A stretch of DNA of 64,000 nt from an uncultured Holosporaceae bacterium (GTDB lineage Bacteria; Pseudomonadota; Alphaproteobacteria; UBA3830): positions 63,618 to 127,617 of the forward strand of contig CAYJFA010000004.1 in assembly GCA_964369545.1 (NCBI GenBank), given 5' to 3'. Under the pieces are notes generated by a model. It had not been told where the DNA came from and made no database searches. It was given only the letters and a program-made list of their open reading frames with translations. The number at the start of each line of letters is the position of its first letter. The first letter of the stretch is position 1. The position numbers and the translations under genes were made by a program. Shown here one piece after another: positions 16,602 through 25,575 of the stretch.

Positions 16602-17663
16602 TTGCAAAGTTTAGTCAGCGTAATATTTTTTCGGATTTTCAGAACTACTTTTTATTCAACTATTGCTTTAACGTTTTGTGCATGGATAGTGCAATCATCT
16701 AAATATTTGAATTTACTAAATAAAAATAATATCAGCCTTGCTAAATTTTTTAAATTTTCTTCATATCTTGCTGTTGATATTGTCGCTGTTATATTGCCGA
16801 TATCTTTGGCGATATCTTCGGCGTTTGTTTTTCATAGATTTGTGGAATCCCATCAATTAACTGCGATGCAGTCTTCAGGAATGCCCCCTACGAAGTTGTT
16901 ATCTCCACTAATAGCATTGGTATCAATTACTATGTGTTATTTATATGTTAGCAACGCATATATTTCTCCAAAATCATGGGGAAAATTCAGAGAAATGGAA
17001 TTCGAAATAAAAAATAATATCAATCCGCCGGAAAGTGAAGGACCGCTTTTTTCTATAAATGGGTTTTCAGTATATGCGCAGGAATATATTGGTGATTTTT
17101 GCTTTAAAAATATATTCATTATGGATTTAAGAAATATCAATAAGTCATATAGTTACTTTGCAAAAAACGGCGTTATAAAAAATAGTATATTGTATCTCAC
17201 AGAGGGAGAAAGAATCGAAATAGATAATGTTTCGCAAACAAATTCCATAACAAATTTTAAAACTTACCGATATGATTTAAGGGAAGTATTAGGAGATGTA
17301 AGAAAAACTCCTCAGCCAAATGAAAAATTTATGCATGAGTTATTGCGTGAAAATACTGGAGATAAATCTATGAATGTAGCTCAGAGAGCGCTTTTTCATC
17401 AGAAAATAACATCTCCTATTTTAGCTTTCGTTTTTTCTTTGATGACGTTTTTTATCATATTGCTTGCACCTCATAGAAGAAAGAAGTCTTATTTCAGAAT
17501 GACTGTTCTAATAGTTTTGATAGTTTTTTTTCAGGGAACATATTTTTGGATTACCAACGCGTCAGCAAAAGATTTGCTTTTTGTAAAGATAAGCTACATT
17601 TTGTTAGGATCTTTGATTTTTTTATTTACCACATTAATTTATGTGAAAAAAGATAGAATATAG
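16602..17663 (+). CDS. lptF: LPS export ABC transporter permease LptF
   Basis: 353 aa in the YjgP/YjgQ permease family. It has a TM-rich N-terminus, a periplasmic insert and three C-terminal TM helices. lptG follows it. Confidence 0.8.
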   Translation: MQSLVSVIFFRIFRTTFYSTIALTFCAWIVQSSKYLNLLNKNNISLAKFFKFSSYLAVDIVAVILPISLAISSAFVFHRFVESHQLTAMQSSGMPPTKLLSPLIALVSITMCYLYVSNAYISPKSWGKFREMEFEIKNNINPPESEGPLFSINGFSVYAQEYIGDFCFKNIFIMDLRNINKSYSYFAKNGVIKNSILYLTEGERIEIDNVSQTNSITNFKTYRYDLREVLGDVRKTPQPNEKFMHELLRENTGDKSMNVAQRALFHQKITSPILAFVFSLMTFFIILLAPHRRKKSYFRMTVLIVLIVFFQGTYFWITNASAKDLLFVKISYILLGSLIFLFTTLIYVKKDRI

Positions 17664-17671
17664 ATTGTGAA

Positions 17672-18724
17672 ATGAATAGAACATTATTCAAATATATATT
17701 TAATATGCAATTAAAGGCGATGATATTTGTATCATTTTTCGTTTTTTGTTTGATTTTTTTGTTTGATTTTGCAGAGGTCACAAGAAAATTTCCTATTTCT
17801 TCTGTTGATGAAACGGCATTTGCTATTAAACTTTCCTTTCTCAGAGTGCCGATAACTTTTTTTGAAATTTTACATTATATTTATTTTATTACAGCTACAT
17901 TTAGTCTATGGAATTTATGTCGTTCCAATCAAATAACAATACTGAAATCCACGGGAAAGTCTCCACAGCAGATTTTATATCCATTTGTAAGCTTCGCGTT
18001 TTTTATCGCATTAATTTGGTTGTTTATTGTCCAACCTGTGGGGAAAATATCAGAGAATTATTACAATAAAAATGTTTCTTCAGATATTGTAAAAAACAAT
18101 GTTAATGAGAATATTTGGATAGATTATAAAAAAGAAAATAAAATAATATTTATTAAAAAATTTTCAAATAAAATGATTGAGGGATTATATGTTTTTAATA
18201 TAAAGACAAACGAACGAATTTTTGCAAAACAAGCAATTATAGAAGATAAAATGTGGACTCTTTACGGTGTTACTATAATAAATCAAAATAAAATCAATAA
18301 TATACAACATGTAGAAAAAATGTTGTTATTGAACAACATTTCATATAATTTGATTAAAATTCTCGCAAAGCCGCCGAAAAATCATAATATTTATCAACTA
18401 TATAAAATATACAGCATTCAAGAATATGATAAAGTTTTGCTGGGATCATATGAATTGGAGCTGCACAAACTTCTGGCTAATTGCGCAAATTTCATTTTGT
18501 TTTCTCTTATTGCTGCTATTATCTGTTTTCCAATAAATCGTTATAAAACGAAGACTAACATCGCAATAAAAGTGATATCATTCGCAATCATATTGAGATT
18601 TTTAGATAATATGCTCGAATCTCTATCTTATAGCGGAGTAATTCCTGTCAAGCTTGCGAGCTGGGGTGCTGTATTAATATTGATCTTTATTTCTACCGCT
18701 ATATTAGTCTGGAGAGAAGTGTAA
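17672..18724 (+). CDS. lptG: LPS export ABC transporter permease LptG
   Basis: 350 aa, a YjgP/YjgQ-family paralog of the upstream gene. Its stop overlaps the lptD start. Confidence 0.8.
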   Translation: MNRTLFKYIFNMQLKAMIFVSFFVFCLIFLFDFAEVTRKFPISSVDETAFAIKLSFLRVPITFFEILHYIYFITATFSLWNLCRSNQITILKSTGKSPQQILYPFVSFAFFIALIWLFIVQPVGKISENYYNKNVSSDIVKNNVNENIWIDYKKENKIIFIKKFSNKMIEGLYVFNIKTNERIFAKQAIIEDKMWTLYGVTIINQNKINNIQHVEKMLLLNNISYNLIKILAKPPKNHNIYQLYKIYSIQEYDKVLLGSYELELHKLLANCANFILFSLIAAIICFPINRYKTKTNIAIKVISFAIILRFLDNMLESLSYSGVIPVKLASWGAVLILIFISTAILVWREV

Positions 18725-20859
18725 TGTTATGCATTAATCTGAAAAAGATTATATGTTTTATTTTTTTGTTTTTATTTTCCACTTCATTTTGCGATAATAT
18801 TTATTTTATTAATTCAGATGAAACTGTATATGAAAAGGAAAATATTTTATGTAGTGGAAATGTAGTGATTGTGTATTGTGGAAGGATAATTTCTGCAGAT
18901 CATGTTTCATATGATCAAAAGAAAGAAAGTATATATGCAAAAGGGAACGTCATAATAAAAGATGAGAAGCAAAATATATATTTTATTGATTGGGTTAAAA
19001 TTAATAAAAATTTTTCTTCCGGTAATGGGCAGAATATCAAAATAATAATGCCGGATAAATCGAGATTGGCGGCAAAAAAGTGTTCTATAGAAAACAGCAA
19101 ATTTCGATTGGAAGATGTAATTTACACACCATGTTATGAGTGCATTTATGCGAGTGAATTAACGTGGCAGATGAAGTCTTCTCAGGTAGATTTTGACCCT
19201 GATGATATAACTGAATATAGTAATTTAACCATAGAGTTCTTGGGGAATCCATTACTATATTTTCCGTATTTATCTCAGCCAAGTCCAAAAATTAAAAGAA
19301 GAACAGGATTTTTATCTCCAAAATTTGTTGTTTCAAGCAAATGCGGATTCAGCGTGTTACCGCAATATTTCATTGATATCGACGAATATCAAGAGCTTAT
19401 ATTAAAACCAATAATTACATCAAAAATTGGCAGCGTAGGATGGATATATTACGGTAATAGATTCAGAAATGGAGAATTTAATATTGATGCGAGTATAACC
19501 GGGACTAAATCTGTAGACAAATATAATTCAGATATTTGGGATGTAAAAGAGATAGAAAAAATAAAAAAATCGGGATATAGGGGGCATGTTTTTTCAAAAA
19601 CCAAATTTGAAATAGATGAAATTTGGAGATGCGGATTAGATATCAATCTTGCATCTGATATATTTTATTTAAAAAGATTTTCTTTTTTCCAGCAATTTGA
19701 GCGCACATTGGAGAGTAAAGCATTTATTGAAGGATTTGACGGCAGAAATTATACGTCTGTAAAAACCTCTATGTTTCAAAGTATTGTTGGAGATTCTGTG
19801 CCAAAAATCCTCCCGGTAATTGAAAGAAATTTTTCTCATGATTTTCTTTCAGGGACTTTTGATATAGATATTATGTTTATGAATTTAGAATTTAATGATT
19901 CAAGGTCCATGCAAAAAGCTTTAACAAATGTTTGTTGGTCAAAAAACATTATTATGCCCTATGGAAATATATTAGATTTCAAGGGATTAATATCATTAAA
20001 AGCAATGAAAGTTTCTGAAAAGCAGCGTTCAGACTACGATTCAAGTTTTAACACTTCTCCTCAGATATCAGCAGCTTGGAAATGGCCGCTACTTTGCAAA
20101 TCGGATTTTTGTGAAACGATTTTTACTCCTATTATCGGTGTTATAGCAGCTGGGAACAAAAAATATTATGATGCCTTCGAAGATCCATTTTCCGAAATTA
20201 ACGATATAAATTTTTTAGAGGGAAGCAGAGGCATGTCTCCTTATAATATAGATTCTGGCAGCAGAATTGCATATGGAGCGAAAGTTTCGTCTTATAAGGA
20301 AGGACGGAATCTCGGATATTTCACGATAGGCAGGTCTACGGAACTAACAAAAATACAAGATAGATTAGATGCAACTGGTCTAAAATATAAGAATTCTAAT
20401 ATAATTACATCTGCTGATATATTTTTAACAGACGAAATAGCTTTTAAAGCAAACGGAAGTTATTCAGATAAAACAAAAAGATGGCTTAAATTTGAATCTG
20501 GTTTGAGATTTGCAAATCAAAAATTTGATGCTGATATTTTTGTTTTTAATGGAAAGCAATGTTTTTACAATCCATTTATGGAAAATGTCGATTTATTATC
20601 AGAAGAAGCAAAAGTTCAGAAATATAAAGGAACAATGATTGATTTAGGGTGGAAGACTACGAAATCAGTTAAACTAAAAACCGGAGTAATTTTTGGCGCA
20701 GATAAAAACAAATTAATTAAATATAACGTTGGCATGGAATACAAAAACGAATGTACCCAGATGGAGTTTTCAATAGAGCGTACTAATTATCAGTATGGAG
20801 ATATAAGACCCGAGACATCTTTTAAATTTATGATACATTTGAAAAATCTCGGAGTATAA
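18724..20859 (+). CDS. lptD: LPS-assembly outer membrane protein LptD
   Basis: 711 aa with a signal peptide. It has an OstA-like N-terminal domain (GNVVIVYCGRIISADHVSYDQKKESIYAKGNVIIKD) and a large C-terminal beta-barrel. It sits in an lptFG-lptD / surA-rsmA neighbourhood. Confidence 0.85.
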   Translation: MLCINLKKIICFIFLFLFSTSFCDNIYFINSDETVYEKENILCSGNVVIVYCGRIISADHVSYDQKKESIYAKGNVIIKDEKQNIYFIDWVKINKNFSSGNGQNIKIIMPDKSRLAAKKCSIENSKFRLEDVIYTPCYECIYASELTWQMKSSQVDFDPDDITEYSNLTIEFLGNPLLYFPYLSQPSPKIKRRTGFLSPKFVVSSKCGFSVLPQYFIDIDEYQELILKPIITSKIGSVGWIYYGNRFRNGEFNIDASITGTKSVDKYNSDIWDVKEIEKIKKSGYRGHVFSKTKFEIDEIWRCGLDINLASDIFYLKRFSFFQQFERTLESKAFIEGFDGRNYTSVKTSMFQSIVGDSVPKILPVIERNFSHDFLSGTFDIDIMFMNLEFNDSRSMQKALTNVCWSKNIIMPYGNILDFKGLISLKAMKVSEKQRSDYDSSFNTSPQISAAWKWPLLCKSDFCETIFTPIIGVIAAGNKKYYDAFEDPFSEINDINFLEGSRGMSPYNIDSGSRIAYGAKVSSYKEGRNLGYFTIGRSTELTKIQDRLDATGLKYKNSNIITSADIFLTDEIAFKANGSYSDKTKRWLKFESGLRFANQKFDADIFVFNGKQCFYNPFMENVDLLSEEAKVQKYKGTMIDLGWKTTKSVKLKTGVIFGADKNKLIKYNVGMEYKNECTQMEFSIERTNYQYGDIRPETSFKFMIHLKNLGV

Positions 20860-20870
20860 TTTGAAAATAA

Positions 20871-21446
20871 TCAAACTTCTTTTCTTGATTTTAAATTACC
20901 ATTCATATCATAAGTATCTATAAATCCAGTAGGTTTTCCATTTTCGAACGTAGATATTTCCATGATTTTTCCGTTCGGAAAGTATTTTATTACTTGATCA
21001 TCAAGAATGTTATTTTTATAGGTTGACTGTTCCATGAGCGTACCATCAGGATAAAATGCTTGACATTCACCATCTTGTTTCCCTTCTTTATAATTTGCAA
21101 TTCTTATAATATTTCCATAATTATCAAACGATGAAAATTCCCCATCAAACAAACCATTTTTGAACATTGCGGTCCCAGCTTTGATTCCATTTTGAAAGAA
21201 TGTAGAGGGTCCTTCTATAACTCGATTTTGAAAATTTGCTTGCATCACAGGAAATCCATAAGCAAAAAATTCTGCAGGACCAGATAAAACTCCGTTTTCG
21301 TATGTAATTTTATGTGAGATATTTCCGTTTTCATCGAAAATCAATGTTTCTCCATGTGGAGCTCCGTTTTTTAGAGATATTTTTTTTGATAAAGTTCCGT
21401 CAGTGTTTCTTATTTCTTCTACTGAAATATTATTTTCTTCCATCAT
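20871..21446 (-). CDS. MORN-variant repeat protein (YwqK-family antitoxin-like)
   Basis: 191 aa of tandem repeats of about 23 aa (Y.NG...G....F..NG), for example YENGVLSGPAEFF, FKNGLFDGEFSSFDNYGN, YKEGKQDGECQAFYPDGT, FENGKPTGFIDTYDMNGN. It starts immediately after the vgrG stop. Confidence 0.75.
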   Translation of the reverse strand: MMEENNISVEEIRNTDGTLSKKISLKNGAPHGETLIFDENGNISHKITYENGVLSGPAEFFAYGFPVMQANFQNRVIEGPSTFFQNGIKAGTAMFKNGLFDGEFSSFDNYGNIIRIANYKEGKQDGECQAFYPDGTLMEQSTYKNNILDDQVIKYFPNGKIMEISTFENGKPTGFIDTYDMNGNLKSRKEV

Positions 21447-23744
21447 TTATCCTAAACTTAGCATTCCGCCGCCGATAGTAATCATAGGAGCTTTTATTCC
21501 CACCATACCATCACCCTGTACATTAACCATGGCGCCACCTAGCGCTGATTGAACCATTCCTTTTGCTTCAAAATTGATATTAGCTTTGATTTCTGCATTC
21601 ATCATAGCGGAAGCGTCAAGATTCATACCCGATTTGATGGTCATATTTCCACCAGCTCCAGATTCTACTGTAACTGCTCCTCCCGCACCTGTTTCTGCAG
21701 ATAATGCACTTCCTGCTCCTGTTTTCAAACTCATCGCTCCTGTGGATTCAAAATCAGCAGCAGCGCTACTTTTTATTCCAAACGCCGCGCCTGATTTCAT
21801 GTCTGTTTTTTTATCAGATTCTATGCTAATGTCTCCATCAACTTTTATTTTAAGATCTCCGGAGACCGTGAGAGCGTAATCGCCTTTTATATCATATGCT
21901 AAATTTCCGTTTGATAAATTAACAGTTCGATCGCCTTCTGTAAGAGTAACTGTCTCACTTCCTTTACTTAAAGTAAGAGAGCGATCTCCTTCGGTTAATG
22001 TTATTGTTTGATTTCCTTTTGTTAAAGTAACTATTTTATCGCCCTCGGTTATTTCCAGACTCCAATCTCCTTTTGTAAGAGATGTAGAGTGATTACCCTT
22101 TCCTTCATCTTTTCCACCGCCGTATTCTTCTTCTGGATCTTGTGCCATAAGAGTAATGCTTCGAGATCCTGTATTAATTGTTAGAGTGTCATCCGAGTTT
22201 TCAATTGTGGTTGTTCTTTCGTTATTAATGACTATATTGACATCTTTCGCCGCGTGAAAAAAAACTTCTTCATTTTGATTTTCATCATTAATGCGAAATT
22301 CGTTGGGTAATCTTTCTTGATTCTTGAATGTTGACATCTTCAAACCGGATATCATCGCTTCTTTTTCTGTGTAAGGTGGAAGAAATTTATCGTTATAAAC
22401 ACAGCCTACGACTAGCGGTCTGTCCGGATCTCCATCAATAAATGAAACGACAACTTCCTGTCCAACGCGCGGGGTAAATACAGCTCCCCAAGTATTTCCA
22501 GAAATCATCTGTGTTACGCGAATCCAGCATGAGCTTTCTTCATCATCCTTATCTTTTCCAATCTGATCCCAATGAAAGTGCACTTTTATAGAACAATGTT
22601 CATTTTTAAAAATTTCTTCTCCAGATGAACAGACAACAACTGCTGTTTGGGTTCCATAAATTTTTGGTTTGGGAGTTGTTCTGAGCGGTCTAAACTCTGT
22701 TTCTTTGGGGAAAGATTTAGATTTATTTGTGTAAATGTATCCGGAATTAACTGATGCTTCAAAAAAGTGATCGATACTATATATTGAGTATTCTTTATTA
22801 AACTTTGAATAATGATGATCTGTTAATTCAAAAAGAAACCCAGGTATGAGATTGGCAACTGTCGAAGATGCTTCAAATAAGCAATGACTTGACTCAAAAA
22901 GTTGTACCCGAAGTTTTGATATATCTTCTCCTTCTTGTGCTTTAGAGAATTTACCTGGGTACTCGTAAAATGACAATCCTTTCCATTGAGAATCTAATTT
23001 ACTGAATAATTTCGTTTGGGAAAGTGTATAGTTATAATCTGCCACTGCATACCCCCCGGTATTAACAGATGTAGTCATACTTGTATTGAAGATTGTTCCA
23101 AGAGGATATACGTTATTTACAACTTTGAGAAACTTTATTTTTGGCTCAGTAATTTTTTCATATGCGTTTGAACTATCTGCAAGAACTAGGGTGTGTTTAC
23201 TATTGGTATGTTTGAAAAAAAAGAATATTCCTTCATCTTCCATTAATCTAGCTATAAAATTGAAACTACTTTCTGCATATTGCACACAATATTCGCGTTC
23301 AATTTTTCCACAGGAATTAGTTTTATCTTCGATATCAGTAATTCCACAGTCTTGTAAAACTTTCTTTATGATATCGATAGCTGTTTTTTTTTGAAAAATC
23401 AGATGATTCCTATCCAGTGTGAGCAGCCACATTTTCGGTTTGATTACTGCTATATATTCCGTTAGGTATATATCGGTTTTATTTTCTGTAGCTCCTTGGG
23501 AGAATTCCGCTATTATTCCATCTATATATCTTTCTTGTTTATCAGATTTTATTGCAATATTAAGAGTAGTACCGAGAGCTTTCTCGAGATCTATTGCATC
23601 GTTTTGCGATAAGAAAGTAATTTTAAATTCAAAAAGCTCGGATATAGCTTCGTGCCCATAAAAAGATTTTAAAATAAGGTCATCTCCAAATGATGATTTC
23701 AATTTTACAAGAAGTTTTTCTTGATTTTTTAATATTACAGTCAC
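21447..23744 (-). CDS. vgrG: Type VI secretion system spike protein VgrG
   Basis: 765 aa. The N-terminus matches gp27/gp5-like VgrG motifs (FYGHEAISELFEFKITFLS, VTQMISGNTWGAVFTPRVGQEVVVSFIDGDPDRPLVVGCVYN). A beta-helix repeat run follows (TLTKGNQTITLTEGDRSLTLSKGSETVTLTEGDRTV). The GTG start overlaps the upstream stop (GTGA). Confidence 0.9.
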   Translation of the reverse strand: MTVILKNQEKLLVKLKSSFGDDLILKSFYGHEAISELFEFKITFLSQNDAIDLEKALGTTLNIAIKSDKQERYIDGIIAEFSQGATENKTDIYLTEYIAVIKPKMWLLTLDRNHLIFQKKTAIDIIKKVLQDCGITDIEDKTNSCGKIEREYCVQYAESSFNFIARLMEDEGIFFFFKHTNSKHTLVLADSSNAYEKITEPKIKFLKVVNNVYPLGTIFNTSMTTSVNTGGYAVADYNYTLSQTKLFSKLDSQWKGLSFYEYPGKFSKAQEGEDISKLRVQLFESSHCLFEASSTVANLIPGFLFELTDHHYSKFNKEYSIYSIDHFFEASVNSGYIYTNKSKSFPKETEFRPLRTTPKPKIYGTQTAVVVCSSGEEIFKNEHCSIKVHFHWDQIGKDKDDEESSCWIRVTQMISGNTWGAVFTPRVGQEVVVSFIDGDPDRPLVVGCVYNDKFLPPYTEKEAMISGLKMSTFKNQERLPNEFRINDENQNEEVFFHAAKDVNIVINNERTTTIENSDDTLTINTGSRSITLMAQDPEEEYGGGKDEGKGNHSTSLTKGDWSLEITEGDKIVTLTKGNQTITLTEGDRSLTLSKGSETVTLTEGDRTVNLSNGNLAYDIKGDYALTVSGDLKIKVDGDISIESDKKTDMKSGAAFGIKSSAAADFESTGAMSLKTGAGSALSAETGAGGAVTVESGAGGNMTIKSGMNLDASAMMNAEIKANINFEAKGMVQSALGGAMVNVQGDGMVGIKAPMITIGGGMLSLG

Positions 23745-24496
23745 ATTTCTGCCTTATTTTTTTTATTTAAAAATTCACTTACACCTTTCTGTTTAAAATC
23801 GGTAGAAAATAAAGATCTAAACATCTGTCGCTCAGATTTTATGCCTTGATTAAGTCCAACATTTTGAGACATTCTTACAGCTTCTTTTATCATTTGTGTA
23901 CTCATAATAGATTTTGCCGCAATTTTTTCAGCTAATACCATAGATTTTTTGAGAAGATCTTCTTCGTCTGTTAAATATGAAACAATTTTGAGATTTGCTG
24001 CTTCTTCTGCTGAAATAAATCTGCCGGTCATCATTATTTCGTTAGCGATTTTTGGTCCTACTATTTTAGGAAGTATTTGTGTTCCTCCCATTCCAGGCAT
24101 AATTCCAAGATTCACTTCAGGAAATCCAAAAGTTGCGTTTTTAGCGGCAATAATGATATCGCACATAAGCGCAAGCTCGAATCCCCCTCCTAAAGCATAT
24201 CCAGAAACAGCTGCTATTACAGGTATTTTAATATTAAAAAGAGCTTCCCATTTATAATCGATAAAATCGTCTAGATATGCGTTTTCATACGAAAGGGCAC
24301 TTATTTCGGATACATCTACGCCAGCCGCAAATGCTTTTTTGCATCCCGTTATTATTAAAACTTTTGCTGTTTTCTCGATATTCGCAATTTTTCCATAAAT
24401 TTTGTTTATAAAATTGCTAGATAGCACATTCAATTTTTTAGGATTATTCAGCTTAAGAATTGCGATTGAGTTTCTTTGTGATAGCTCAACTGGCAT
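23741..24496 (-). CDS. Enoyl-CoA hydratase/isomerase (crotonase) family protein
   Basis: 251 aa. KKLNVL...FAAGVDVSEI...GYALGGGFELALMCDIIIAAKNATFGFPEVNLGIMPGMGGTQ match the crotonase oxyanion-hole motifs. Confidence 0.85.
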   Translation of the reverse strand: MPVELSQRNSIAILKLNNPKKLNVLSSNFINKIYGKIANIEKTAKVLIITGCKKAFAAGVDVSEISALSYENAYLDDFIDYKWEALFNIKIPVIAAVSGYALGGGFELALMCDIIIAAKNATFGFPEVNLGIMPGMGGTQILPKIVGPKIANEIMMTGRFISAEEAANLKIVSYLTDEEDLLKKSMVLAEKIAAKSIMSTQMIKEAVRMSQNVGLNQGIKSERQMFRSLFSTDFKQKGVSEFLNKKNKAEM

Positions 24497-24818
24497 TTTT
24501 AAATCCTATTGATTTATTTTTTATTCTTGCTTCAACAGTTTTTATTTTTTGTTTAATTATTTCTTCTGTCATGTGAATGTTAGCTCTTCTAAAGTCTGAT
24601 AGAATTTTATCTACCATTTTTCTTTCGTTGGGTATCGTAAGATACGAGAAAATTATGTTTCTTACATATTTACTGAGGACAAGGCCTTTATATCCCAGTC
24701 TTCCAGCTGCCCATTTTGCTATTATTTTATTTCTCTGCGCGGTTTTGTAAAACTTATCCTGAAGCAGCTCCATAAGACGAGGTTCATAAGAAGATTTATC
24801 AAATGAAAACATAGGCAT
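24486..24818 (-). CDS. DUF1476 protein (alphaproteobacterial F1-ATPase inhibitor zeta-subunit family)
   Basis: FDKSSYEPRLMELLQDKFYKTAQRNKIIAKWAAGRLGY...KILSDFRRANIHMTEEIIKQK resembles the zeta-subunit/DUF1476 pattern. The ATG preceded by GGAGGGG (third Met-translated codon of the track ORF) is preferred. Confidence 0.6.
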   Translation of the reverse strand: MPMFSFDKSSYEPRLMELLQDKFYKTAQRNKIIAKWAAGRLGYKGLVLSKYVRNIIFSYLTIPNERKMVDKILSDFRRANIHMTEEIIKQKIKTVEARIKNKSIGFKNAS

Positions 24819-25001
24819 TACGACGACCCCTCCTTCCATCGAACTGGGACTAAATATAATGTTCTTTTATAAGGATATTATAAACTTAATACAAAACAAA
24901 ATAATTTTTGTTGTAATTGCAATATTGAATTTTAACGTCTTTTTTACATTATCAATGCTATCGTTTTTATAGTTCTTGTTTTAAAAGGAAAAATATTTTC
25001 T

Positions 25002-25571
25002 ATGATTTGGTGTGTTTTTGGACTTGTTCTTTTGATAATCAGCATCAATGACTTCTTATTTTTCAGAATAGAAAATGAAAATATTCAATTTCTTTTAGTT
25101 CTGTATGCCATTTCTTGTGTTTTCGGAATTTCTGGTACTAATTTTTTATTTGGGTTAACTATTGCCGTCAGCATCTTTGTCATTACGTGGACTTTAAATC
25201 AATATAATTTAATTGGAGGCGGGGATGTTAAACTCTTATTTCCCCTATTGTTATTTTCAGAAAATAATTTAACCGCTTTTATGATGGGAGTGTCCATTTC
25301 GGGATTAATATTATCCTTCATATATATAGTATTCGGCAGATATATCTTCTTTTTTAGGAGGAGAGTCGTAACTTGGTTATACATTTTTTATAAAAAAAGA
25401 AAGAAATCAGCATTATTAAATATTGTTTTACTTTCATTGGGTAGGATTACTAAGAAAGCTGTTTCATTAAAACAATGTGTTATTAGCAATTTGAAACAGG
25501 AAATACCGTATGGAGTGGCTCTATCTTGTGGCGGTTTTTGTGTAATAGTAGAAAATTTGTTGTCTAGGTGA
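25002..25571 (+). CDS. cpaA: Prepilin peptidase CpaA/TadV (A24 family)
   Basis: 189-aa polytopic membrane protein with GGGDVKLLFPL (second catalytic Asp motif). It is the first gene of the cpa/tad operon. Confidence 0.75.
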   Translation: MIWCVFGLVLLIISINDFLFFRIENENIQFLLVLYAISCVFGISGTNFLFGLTIAVSIFVITWTLNQYNLIGGGDVKLLFPLLLFSENNLTAFMMGVSISGLILSFIYIVFGRYIFFFRRRVVTWLYIFYKKRKKSALLNIVLLSLGRITKKAVSLKQCVISNLKQEIPYGVALSCGGFCVIVENLLSR

Positions 25572-25575
25572 TGTT

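Noticed and set aside
24860-24973. 37-aa ORF upstream of cpaA as a candidate Flp pilin
   Set aside because: The product MFFYKDIINLIQNKIIFVVIAILNFNVFFTLSMLSFL has no G/XXXXEY prepilin-processing motif and no Shine-Dalgarno. The coordinates in this stretch are uncertain by 1 nt.
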